Of a stretch of 64,000 nucleotides of DNA, positions 1 to 11,000 are shown piece after piece; position 1 is the stretch's first letter, and each line of letters starts with the position of its first letter. The notes under the pieces were generated by a model. The model did no database searches. It had not been told where the DNA came from and saw nothing but the letters and a program-made list of their open reading frames with translations. The DNA comes from Amphiscolops sp. MND2022 (lineage: Eukaryota), in NCBI GenBank assembly GCA_964187785.1, contig OZ076409.1:57600001-57664000 (forward strand), written 5' to 3'. The position numbers were made by a program, and so were the translations under genes.

Positions 1-137
1 TACCATATGGCCATGCCTTTATGTTGCTACTTGGCGAAGGGAGCGAAGCGACCGAGCCATACAACAAATATGAACCTCTTCAATTAAATCAAGTTCCTTG
101 CATATTGGCTGTAACAGCACTCATTTTGTTCCGCGTT

Positions 138-263
138 GAAAATCGGCTGTTTTGTCTCGTTTTGCAAGTAGGCTGCTTTGTCCCGTTTTGAAAATCGGCT
201 GTTTTGTCTCGTTTTGGAATATCGACTGTTTTGTCTCGTTTTAAAATCGGCTGTTTTGTCCCG
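138..263. repeat. Degenerate ~26-bp tandem repeat (GAAAATCGGCTGTTTTGTCTCGTTTT), ~5 copies
   Basis: Unit seen repeatedly; it explains the repetitive ORF 178..402. Confidence 0.8.
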
Positions 264-544
264 TATCCATGGTCTCCAGTCCAGGCAACCTAAGCATCGT
301 CCCAGCTATATTCGTGCTCCTCGGGCTGGACGTTCTGGAAAAAAGTTCGAGAATCGTAACTTCATTACATTCACAGAAAAATTGAACTGCTTCACTCATT
401 GAACATCTGAAAAATATATGACTTTCTCAATGGAGCACCTTGTTAATGCATCGTGTTGGAAAAAAATGATAACTATCTAATTGGGGTGACGAAATTCTAT
501 TTGGTTATGGGAAGATATCTATCACACAACAAGTCGTCTTTGAT

Positions 545-638
545 TGGGGGCGCTTTTGAGGGGCGTTTTCGATAGGCGCTTTCGAGGGGGGCCTTTTGAC
601 GGGCGCGCTTTGTCTGGGGGCTTTTTTGCCTGGTAACC
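545..638. repeat. Degenerate ~15-bp tandem repeats (GGGGGCGCTTTTGA-like) ending in GGTAACC; probable subterminal array of a DNA transposon
   Basis: About 6 degenerate units; no partner end identified. Confidence 0.55.
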
Positions 639-1147
639 GTCTCGCCGGCGTGTTGTTTGATTTCCAAACGAAGTGCTCGTACTAATGTGTCCCTGGAAGG
701 TACTCGACATTCTCTGAAGTATCGTGAAATTCAAAAACTGGATCATACGTAGCTTGAGAAGTATAACAACACCACCAATCTGAACAGCCAACATTATTCA
801 GTCTCCGCTAGGAAATTTATTATGAACGTATTTATAAGCCATCTTTTCTTCCGACAGAGTAATTTTCTGACCTTTTGTTCATTCTTTGCTCTCCAATCTC
901 TTTCATCGATTTGTTGTATATCGTAATTTCGAATATGTTCCGGATTCGGTCTTTTTTGACGATTGGCAGTTGCGTTATCAGCTTTAGTAACGAAGATTTT
1001 TTAAGCAATCAACGACAACATATCTGTTTTCAAGAGAGCAGGCAAGGCCCGGCTGAAAGAAGAAATGATTGCGATTTAATTATCCTTAACGAAAAGAGTG
1101 AGATGTGTTTCTGTATTACAAAAAACAAACTCGCGTTAGGGTAGTGC

Positions 1148-1715
1148 TGTAAGGACTACTGTCCCTAGGTACTCTTAAGTCACCAGTAGACCGTGAGTCC
1201 TTTTTTGTAATTTTATTTCTAAACCCATTGTTAACTTCAGCGTTTTCCTGACTATTAGGGGACGAACTGGCCTCAGTGTCTCGATTCCCTGAGGGTGAAA
1301 TCGAACTCACTATAATTTGAATCTCTGGAATTACTCTCTCGGCTATTGCCGTGTTAATCGCCCTGTTTATCTGACTATGCATTAATGATATCATTGAATC
1401 CATTTCTTGTGAAAGTCTCATGTTGAATTCGCTAATGAAGGTTTCCAGTGTCTCTTGAACCCTGTCTTGCCTAGGAATTACATTTTCATGGACGTAGTGT
1501 CCAAATTCGTTTTCATGAGATTCATACCGTGCAGATTGGGGATGGGACTCAATGTCTTGATTGTTTTCCACATTCCCAATCATGTTTGAAAAATCGCGTT
1601 CAATAGGATTAGTGTTCTGATTCCCAATCATTACGTCCATATTTTCAAAGTCAGACATCATGTCCATTTCCCTTGACTTCCTAGCTTTCGCCTTTTGCTT
1701 TCTTGTTGAAGGCAT
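1148..1715 (-). pseudogene. gag: Gag N-terminal fragment (MPSTRKQKAKARKS...) truncated at the LTR edge
   Basis: Basic M(P/S)xTR start and acidic/coiled-coil composition resemble the LTR-encoded Gag start of the 4438-21015 element. The frame reaches the LTR terminus and then enters flanking DNA. Confidence 0.65.
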
Positions 1716-2737
1716 AAGAGACAATTGCAAGTGGTAAGAATTGATTATCTTTAGGCTTGCAAAACAAAACAAAATCATTTGATAGGCTGCAGAGAATATA
1801 TAGTTGTATCCCCGGTCCAGAAGTCCCTGGTATATATAGGACAGTTTGCATGACTATCATATATATAACCGTCATTTTCTAAAAATAGATAATCACTCGT
1901 CTAAAAATAGCATCACCTATTTATAGGTTACATGACGTAATGACCTATTGGTCACATCAAAGGCGTCACCTCGCCACACTCATCTATTTCAACTAGCGTC
2001 GTCGAGGGACAACTGCACTTTCATGATGATGGTAGCAGCACTGCATGTATCACTCATATAATTGTTACATGTTTTGAGCACTCCTGAGTGTATTTCAGGC
2101 ACGAAAATTTGGACATGGCCTTAAACGGCCTCTGAGCCAAAAAGGGGGGCGATCAATTGCAGCACCTTTATTTGTAAGAGTATATTTGTATTCATCATTA
2201 TTCTTCAAGTAAAGTCTATTACTACAACAATGAAAGCACCTGTTAATTTGGACTCAGTGTCTCATTGCCTTAACAAGTACATCAATATTTGAAAGTAAGC
2301 GGCGCGTGGCCATAATGTCCACTAATAATAGCACTGTATCAAAGTGCTCAGCTGAATGCTGAGGAATGATTGGTTGAAATAAATTTGGACTGCTTGTCCA
2401 CAGCGACAGGAGAGGAAACATTTTGAACGCGTTTCCTCTATCTGTACGCCTTGGTGTCTAATTTCAAACAACTCAGTAAACATTTACATATTGAATACAT
2501 TGTATCAATTACATGTTTTAACAGTAAAATATAATAAACTACATGAAGGTTATCCTTTCATAACCTCAAATTTTATTAGCATCATGGAAAACAATTACAA
2601 AACAAAATGATTTTCAGTTTTGTTGTCTGGACAGCATGTCCCTTTTCCCTAATCGAAGGGGATTGTGCCAGGGAGAGTATTGTAATGGTTGTAGGCAATG
2701 GAATACCAATTGTCATCGCAGGCGGCAGCCTGCGACA
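1148..2737 (-). mobile_element. Solo LTR (1590 bp) of a Gypsy-type family with gag start inside the LTR
   Basis: Begins TGTAAGG and ends TGCGACA. Flanked by AGTGC at 1143-1147 and 2738-2742 (5-bp TSD). TATA-like tract near 1859-1867 lies upstream of a gag-like ORF that runs off the LTR end. Confidence 0.75.
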
Positions 2738-4257
2738 AGTGCAACTCATTAACGACAATGTTCGAGACATTTTGGACAAATGGTCATCCAAACCAAAGTT
2801 CTGAGACCGAATTTTGGCCTCCGTTGTATTTAAGATCCGGGGCGTCTGTCAGTAATTGGATTTTTAATACCTGGTCTTTGTCATGGTCTGGTACATTGTC
2901 ACTGTACGTACAATGGAAATTACTATATTCAGCGTCCATGACACATTGAAGACATGTATTCGCAGCTTAGCTTATTGACCACGTTGTTTCCGTTAACGCT
3001 TGTTTGTTACCAATGGAAGCTTCGCATTATCACAGTGAATGATGCCATGTTTGGGCGAGGAATACGATATGCACTGCTCTTTTTGCACGACGACATTTGA
3101 TGCCAGAGACCGTTGAGCAACTCCTTACTTGTGGGCTGGTTTTTGCTTCGTTGTATGAGTGATAATACGTTGTAGGAGTTTGGAGTACTCCACTATTTCT
3201 GACCTGGTATTTTCCTTGTTCCCATGACCGAATTTCCCGACAATCACGTCTTGCTTTCGACCTGCTAGATTCTGCACTTCAGGAGTAGGAGCCATAGCTA
3301 AAAACAAATGAGAAATGAATAAGTCACATAATGAGACCAAAAAACTTGCAATGACGTGAAAATACTTCAAATCAATGCAAAGTTTAGTTGTTCACTCGGT
3401 ATTTCAGACACGTTTCACGGGCCATGATTTTGGACGAGTTCGGTTCTAGATTACTCAAAACAAACGTTTCCTGGGAAACAAGAAAATCACCAAGATATAT
3501 TTTCTGATTATGAGTTCGTAACACAAATGTTCGAAGTTTCTGATCGACTGTCATTTCTTCTGATTCTGATACTTGATAATGACTGTAAAAGTACCGATAA
3601 GCTGAGATAGAGACTTTGATCATAAATCTCAACCAATCAAACTTTTGATTTTATCATTTCGCGTTTTTTACTAACAGAAGCGAGGATTAACTTTTTTAAA
3701 AACCTGTCATATTGTTTCCTCTCCACATTTCTTCTCCGGAAGAAATGATCTCAGTTCAACGAATTGGTCTATTTGGTAACCCACTTCATGAAGTCAAGAA
3801 ATAGCATGTGCGCAGACAAAATCGTCATGTAGTTTAGAAAGTTTTGAAAATTTCCCCTTTAATTACCTTGATAATGCTCAAAATCCGGCTCAAATTAGTT
3901 CCGAAATCCTGGAACTTACTTAAAACAAGACGGGAACGTCTAAAGTCGCCGCTATTTTTAAAACTTAAAAAGAGCAAAGATTTTGAAATGTGCTCCCGAA
4001 ACTTCTATTGAAAAACGCTATTCAAAAGTTTAAGATGGGCCACATGGGAGCTCTTTTGTTTGAACATCGGCCATCTTATTAGTAAAACCTAATTATACTT
4101 CGGATGTAACGTCAAACATTCGGATAAAGCGGGAAATATTTTCGAACCTCCACCTCCTCTTTAGTGGAACGCAACTTACATCGGATATAACGTCAAAAAT
4201 TCGGAAGTATTCAAAAAAGTTTTGGCATTCAAAAAAAATGTTTATATATATACACAA

Positions 4258-4259
<2 letters not shown>

Positions 4260-4320
<61 letters not shown>
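4260..4320. repeat. (TA)n microsatellite, ~30 units
   Basis: Directly visible. Confidence 0.98.
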
Positions 4321-4323
<3 letters not shown>

Positions 4324-4437
4324 AAAACGTAATTTCAGACGAAAAAGGTGCAGGGGACCTTTTAGTCTTGTGGAAATGCCCTATATTCGAATATTCAATG
4401 TTATATCTGGATAGTTTTACTCTATGAGGTTCCTAAT

Positions 4438-6924
4438 TGTTACGACATGCTATCGAGTCGTTTTGAGTTGAACTTATTCTCACTGACTTTGTAGGGGTAT
4501 AAAAGTTTCTAGCCTCCTCTTCTGCTTCTTCCTCAGTATTCTCCCTAATGCTTCCCCTTGTTTCAGGTTTTAGGAGTTTCAACATCTCTCTCTGGGATTC
4601 GGCAAGAAGAGTCTTAATTTCCGATGTTATCTCATCTTTCAAGGATGCCCTTAAACTCTCCAAGAAACTATTTTCAATTCGAGGAGATTTTGGTCTGGAA
4701 GGACCCGACACGTCTACGTCCTGGTTTGAAGAACACGGATTTTCTACCACTATCGGTGAAATAAAACCTTCACTTACGTCCTTGTCGGCTTGTTGCTCAT
4801 TCCTTCTTTTCTGGCTTCTAGTTGTAGACATTTTGAAGAAAAGCTTTATCTTGAAGAATTGATTTTTCCAAAGATAATTTTCAACAAAGTTAGCTGAGAT
4901 TAGAGTTTAGCGAAATTGAGAATTCAACTGAATTAAACAATTGCAAAAGACTGAGTCCCTGAGTCAATGAAAATCATCCTATATATACCCTCCTAGCATC
5001 ATTTGATCACGATTAAAATCCTAATTTTCCTCGAACAATTAGTCATTTCCTGTATTTTCGATGAAAAAATCATTTTGTTCCCAATTTTACGTCGATAACT
5101 CGTCAATTTTTGAGACACGACAATTTCAATCTAGCATTAGTCATCAACCACGATCATATCATTTCAGCTCGGCGTCCTTTGCTTTCCTCCCAAGCAGGAA
5201 GTAGATATTACTTCAGTCTGTCAAACCGGAAATGATTCCCTGTTTTACTGCTTTGGTTCGTAGGAAAAATGACGCGGAGATGACGCTGACGTGAACAACT
5301 AATACCTGATTTTGAATTTTTACTTGAATAAAATACTATGACTAATGTTTTCAGCTTTGGAATTTCCAATGATGCTAGGAAAAGTAAGACAAAGCTATGG
5401 AATTAGCTTCAATTTTTGAGTTGAATTCTCACTTCAGATAAATAGTAATTAAACCAAATTAACGTAACATCAACGTTTACATTAGAAACCTAGAATGATT
5501 TGGCAACAGCTCTTGGCTTCTACAAAATTGGCTGAAAAGGTGGACGGAGCTATGACGTGTTAAAATCAAAGGTATTAACGAGTATGAATTTCATAATTGA
5601 ATTCATTCGTACTTGAGTTTAAACTTTGACGTCTTAACGCCGTTGAACCGAACTAATAAAAGTGAAACAGTCAGTTGCCAAAAGTGGTATGAAAATGATC
5701 ACAATGAGATGTATAAAATCAACAACAAGCACAGTTATATTGGGGGAGAAACACGAACATGAATATTACAAAAATATGACCTCATTATTAAAATATAATC
5801 TTTGCTGGTTCATAGCCCATAACTTTTCAGATACGTCAGATTGGCGTCAGGTTACACACAATCATATTTATGGTCTGCTTCAAACAGCATAAAATGTACA
5901 TTAATAGCATTCCCCCTTTGGAATAAACTGTGACTTTAATTATGAAGAACATGGAAATCCTAATCGGGTCATTTTACGATGTGATTCCAGAAGATTAGTA
6001 TTTTTATTGACGGGAACAGGACGTAAATTATCAAGTTTTATCCTTAATCTCGTAGAGTTTTAAAACATCTTTAAACGTTTCTCTTCCGTCAAATCCGACA
6101 TATTAATATTCATTTCACTGAATTGGATGGATTAAACCGACTATTTTGATGGATTTCGGACGTAACGTGGACGTACGTATTAAGATTGGCTATAGACCGC
6201 CGGCATTGGACGTAACGCTTACGTAAATTTGAAGTAAGAATTAATCCGCGCCGAGAAGGCAATACCGTGACGTCACTATGGCGGAAAATTGGAATGATTT
6301 TAAGTAGTGTCACTAATATAGGCGGTAAATTGGAATGGTTCTCTAGTGAGCGCGGACGGAACAGTGACGTCACATTATATACTTTCAAGTCTGCTTCTTA
6401 CCGACGCCTAATATACATGTATCCTTTATTTTGTTTACCTAGCGCAGTGCCGACGTCCTAATCCGCACTAATTGCTGTTCAAAGTGCAATTAAGCCGCCT
6501 TTCTTAGAAAAGGAGTGTATATTTCAGTGTGTCATCTCAATGTATTTTCTATTTTAGATCCAGATAATGTCCTTTTTCCAGTGGTGATTTTGGGTATGTT
6601 TTCGTTTAGATCGGTCTATGGTCTTTATTTCAAGACGTATACTTAATTAAGTTTTCAGGTGGCGAATGTTTCTATTTTGACGAGATGAAAACGTCCTGCC
6701 GGAAGTGTGTGAAATCATTTTGGCTCATTTTAGTTTCTGTTCTCATTTTCATTTAGACTTTGCGCAAGCTAGACGTACTTTTAGTCACAGTTTATTCTAA
6801 CATTAGTATGAAAGTTCAAGTCAGTGGCCAAAATACCTTTTCGAAAGTTTCGCTGTACAGCCGTGTCCTCGTCCGAACCCAATCCGTCTACATCCACAAT
6901 CCAGTCCGGGAGCGGACTGTGACA
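4438..6924 (-). repeat. 3' LTR (2487 bp)
   Basis: Matches 18529-21015 with ~11 substitutions counted by eye. Contains a copy of the first 131 gag codons (ORF 4433..4831). Confidence 0.97.
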
Positions 6925-7585
6925 GGGCCACTGTCATGGGTCGTATAACTCTCCCGGGTTGGCAAAACTGGAACGGCTGATATTGATTGTTTTCTTTGTC
7001 GTCTCCTGGAGTACGTTTCGTTGTCGCTGACCGTATTGGTGCTTGCTTTTCCAAGTCATTTAGTGGGCTAATCGGACGTGGAATTACTCTCTTCAGTGGG
7101 CCTGGGGGTGTCTCGAAAAGAGAAATATTGTCTTCTTCCCTGTGGATTTCCTCCAAATATTCGTTGATAATGCAGCTCGTGATCGATTGTGGGCTTGGTG
7201 CACGATGTCTTTCCACCACGAACACATCAGGGTTCGATTTATTGTCGTCCTCTTCCTGTTCATCCGGACTGTCTGGACTCTCCTTCATTGAGCTGTATTC
7301 GGACTTCGGCGAAGCGTTGTTAAGTTCTCCTGATTCTAGGGATTCGAAAGACGAACTCAGCCGCATCCTCTTGCAGTCCGCTTCTAACGAGTCCGCCGAG
7401 ACGTCGAAATACTCTTCTTCGTCAGCTACTGCTCTGGCGGATGAATTTGAAACATTTAGGATGACTCTAATATTGGGTAGTGACCCACTGGGAAGGGGAG
7501 TTGATGATCTCTCCGACGCCTCTGTTCCGTCTTCACTATCTGACGAGATGTCTATTAGCTCGTATATTTCCAGTAGATGGGTCAT
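6821..7585 (-). CDS. Accessory ORF, 254 aa from ATG 7585; acidic, Ser/Pro-rich, probably disordered; ends inside the 3' LTR
   Basis: Intact ORF (MTHLLEIYELIDISSDSEDG...) with CCAAT boxes upstream on the same strand (~7701-7708, ~7770-7776). No recognisable domain. Confidence 0.7.
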   Translation of the reverse strand: MTHLLEIYELIDISSDSEDGTEASERSSTPLPSGSLPNIRVILNVSNSSARAVADEEEYFDVSADSLEADCKRMRLSSSFESLESGELNNASPKSEYSSMKESPDSPDEQEEDDNKSNPDVFVVERHRAPSPQSITSCIINEYLEEIHREEDNISLFETPPGPLKRVIPRPISPLNDLEKQAPIRSATTKRTPGDDKENNQYQPFQFCQPGRVIRPMTVALSQSAPGLDCGCRRIGFGRGHGCTAKLSKRYFGH

Positions 7586-7645
7586 TTTCTTCAAGAAATT
7601 CTTTCTTTCTTTGCAGCTGACTTTTATCTTTTGATTGTTCCTCAA

Positions 7646-8078
7646 TGAATTCAGGATTAATTAGGATTAAGGAGAATATTGGGATAAATCCCTCTATTCT
7701 GATTGGCTATTCAATCATTTTAATCCTTTTCAATCCCCAGGTGTTGACGTTATTCCGGCGCCGCTTTTTATTGGCTGCAAATTAAATTAATCCGCTTAGC
7801 CAAGATTGTCAACGTTATGCTGACGTCATTTTCGTTAGCTTAACTAACTTTTGTTTTGTCACCGTTATGATGACGTCATTATAGGTTATAGGATTAATAA
7901 CCCAATAACCTTTTTGTCGACGTTATGCCGACGTCAATTTCGCTGATTTTTAATCAACTTTTTGGTACTGACGTTATGCCAGCGTCAATTTCGTTGGTGG
8001 CTTGCCAACTTTAAGTTTTGTCACTGTTATAATGACATCAATTTTGGTTGTTGTCTTCATCTTCGGGTTTGTTTTCAG
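7646..8078. promoter_or_regulatory. Putative bidirectional promoter with five spaced CGTTATGNNGACGTCA motifs and CCAAT boxes
   Basis: Motifs at 7813-7828, 7863-7878, 7921-7936, 7972-7987 and 8025-8040 (spacing 50-58 bp), between two divergent ORFs. Confidence 0.6.
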
Positions 8079-8096
8079 ATTCTGAGCTATTTGACG

Positions 8097-11000
8097 ATGG
8101 ATTCACGTCCCACTGTCTCTTCAGTTGATCCCGGGGCCCAGAGTGGTCACGAGACTCAATACGTGTTCTCGGAGGGAGACATGCGTCAGAGTGACGCGGA
8201 TGACATTCGACCTCGGGCTGTTGGTGAGTATTTCATTCCCTGATCCATTAAGCTTTTGTGAATAATACTACTACCAGATAGGCCTTTTCTGATTCATATT
8301 TTCACAGCTTAGATTTTCTTGACGCGTCGATGCTGGGAATGTACCTTTTCTTTTCTAGAGCCCAAGGTGATGACTACTCCTCTTGCTGGTGCTGAAGTGG
8401 GCGTTCCTCCTGCGACCATTTCTCCTGTGACGCCTTCTGCTGAGCTCGAGAGTGTTCCTTGTGGGTCGTCTGCTGCTGTCCCTGCTGGTGGAGAAACCCC
8501 TGTCGCGTCAGGTTCGAGGCCTGACGTCAATCTTACGGGCTTGCTCTCTGGTTCTCCTTGCGGAGGCGAGGTAGTATCCCCCACCGGAGAGAAAGATGAC
8601 GTCTTCGGGGCGGAATCTTCAGGAGCTGGGATCCTTGGGCAGACCTCCAGCTCACCTCAATTGACTCCTTTCCTGACTGGGTTCGGGCAAACGTTCGGTG
8701 GACTGACGCCTTCCGAATCCAGGAAAAGAGGTAAGGTTGACATATTTTGTTTGGTCTTGAGGTTTTTCCCTGTTTGATTGTTTGGTGATACATGTTGACG
8801 TTATAGTTGCGTCCACTGCTGCAGAAAGGGCTGGGACAGGCTCATCTGGAAAAAGGAAGCGTCAGGTGCGCGTGCAGACGGCGAATCTGCTTTTTGCGCA
8901 GCTTACTGTGAGCGGTAATAAAAATTTTTCAATCTGGGGTGTTGGGTAGGCTATTAGATAGGCTATTCGAATGTGACTTTGGTTTGTTTCGTAGAATCTG
9001 GAGATTGTGCCGCTCAAGGGATTTCTGGTGCTAGTGACTTGGACGTGGCCCGGGCGGAGCCTTCTGGAGTTGGTCCCGTACTAGCAAGTGAGTATACTTT
9101 GTCATGACTGTAGTCGTTATCTGCATCACGTTGAAGTGGGTTCTGTAGTGTACATCTAGGCATTTGTTGTTTGTGCTAGTTCTGTAGGTATAGTCTGGTT
9201 AGTGCTAATCCGTCGTTATGTCGTTTTGTAGGAATGCAAGATCTGGTGTCTCGGATGGAGAGCAGTTTGGAGGCGGTTGCTTTGCGTGAGACCCCCGTCA
9301 AGAAGTACAGCAGCCGTCATCATCTGCGAAAAGATATGGTGGGGGACCATCCCATCTTCAGTCTGTTTGTCAGTGGAGCCAGCAACGGGTCGGCCACTCA
9401 CTTCCACTGCATGATTTGCAAGCGGGATGTCTCCATGCAGTCACGCGGGTCAAGGGAGTTCGTCCGACACTACTCCGGCGATCGCCACTGGACTCGAGAT
9501 GTGGCCTACCGGGTTCAGCAAGGTCTGCCAGTGTTCGATCAGCTGATTAAGCCTCTCGAGCTGACGTCAGACCAGCGGGCCGAGTACCTGGGTCAAGATG
9601 TAGTGGAGAAAGATGAGGGATTCAGTTTCCCTGAGGACTTGCTGCCGTCTTGTACTCGGGTGGATTCAACGATTCCTCTGCTGACGATGGTAAACTGTGT
9701 GGCAGAGCTATGCAGGTGGGGTGGTAGCTACGTTTTGCTCCGCAAGCTGCGGGGCAATTTCCGTGCCACTCTGGGGCCTGACAATCCCCTATACAATCTT
9801 CACTGGAATCGTCCTGAGACACTGGTTAGTAATCTTCATAGAGATGAGTTGTGTTGTTTTTCCTCATCATGTGCCTGTTTCTTTTGTATGTGGACGTCTT
9901 GTGGTCGGCGTAGGTGGGTTTGTGCATCTGCTGAGTGAGTTGGTGCGTTTGTGTTTTAGTCGTTGATTTGTCGTGCTCTCTTTCCTCGGGTCCTGCGCTC
10001 CATCATCTCTCGCGTGACGGCCTTCAACTGCTACAGTGTGCGGTTTGAGGAGCATGCCGATGGCCAGTACTGCTTCGTTTCGACTTGGGAGGGCAATACT
10101 TTGCTGGACGTCTGCATCAATGTCGAGCCCTTGGGTCAGCGAGTGCCCCAGTCCGAACTGTCGTTACTGTCGCGCATCGTCACCAGTCTGTCCTCAGCTT
10201 CTCTCCATATCAGCATTCGTGGTGCCAGTCCATCCTGCCTGCGGGTAGTCAACGACGAACGCAGTGACGGGCATCGTTTGGTGTATGCTCGGGAATTCTC
10301 CTCTGATGTGTTCCTCCACTGCTATCGAGTTGCCCATCAAGAGATCTTCGGGATGTTAGAAGTCACCACCATGGTCGACTTCTTGATGGTGCGTCTTCGT
10401 GGGGCTTTGCAGGAGCCCTGGATGGAGGACCTTCCCGAACTTCGCCGTTGTGTGGTCGCTGGAAAGGTGACGTTCGCCGAACTGCGTGGTGTCGTGGATG
10501 AGCTGGTCTCCATTTGGGATACCGTCCGGGAGTACGTTCGGTACACTGGTCCCCGACACATCAAGAGCGAGGCTGACAAGGTGGGTATAGTTTTGTTTCA
10601 GGGTGCTGTTTTTGTATTCTTGCGGTGGGGTGTCGTCTCTCTGTGGGTTTGGCGAAATAGTCATCTTGTTGTTGCTATTTAGATGCGAGGCACAGACACG
10701 CTCGTCTACTCCGAGACGACAAACAAACTGCGACTGGGAATGCTGCTGCACGTTCTGGATCTTTGTAAGTTGTACTTTCCTGTGACTTTCTTTCGCTATT
10801 CTTGGTTTTTGGTTGTTTTTTTTGTTTTATTTTGTTGGCATAGTAGCTCGTTTGGTATGCTAGGTGGCTGATCGTCGTCGTCATCGGGTTGTCGTCTAGG
10901 TATCATAGTCTTGGTAATATGTGTACAGCCGTCTGTTGTGTTTAGATCATTGCACTTTCGTCAAACAAAAGGCCGGACGTAGTGACTACGCCTTTCATGC

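Noticed and set aside
650..3370. Coding-like remnants flanking the solo LTR (possible old transposase)
   Set aside because: Multiple stops and no motif I can assign confidently.
4433..4831. 132-aa ORF as a separate gene
   Set aside because: It is the gag N-terminus duplicated within the 3' LTR.
6987..7634. 215-aa plus-strand ORF
   Set aside because: Antisense shadow of the accessory ORF; Ser/Leu-rich with a non-ATG start.
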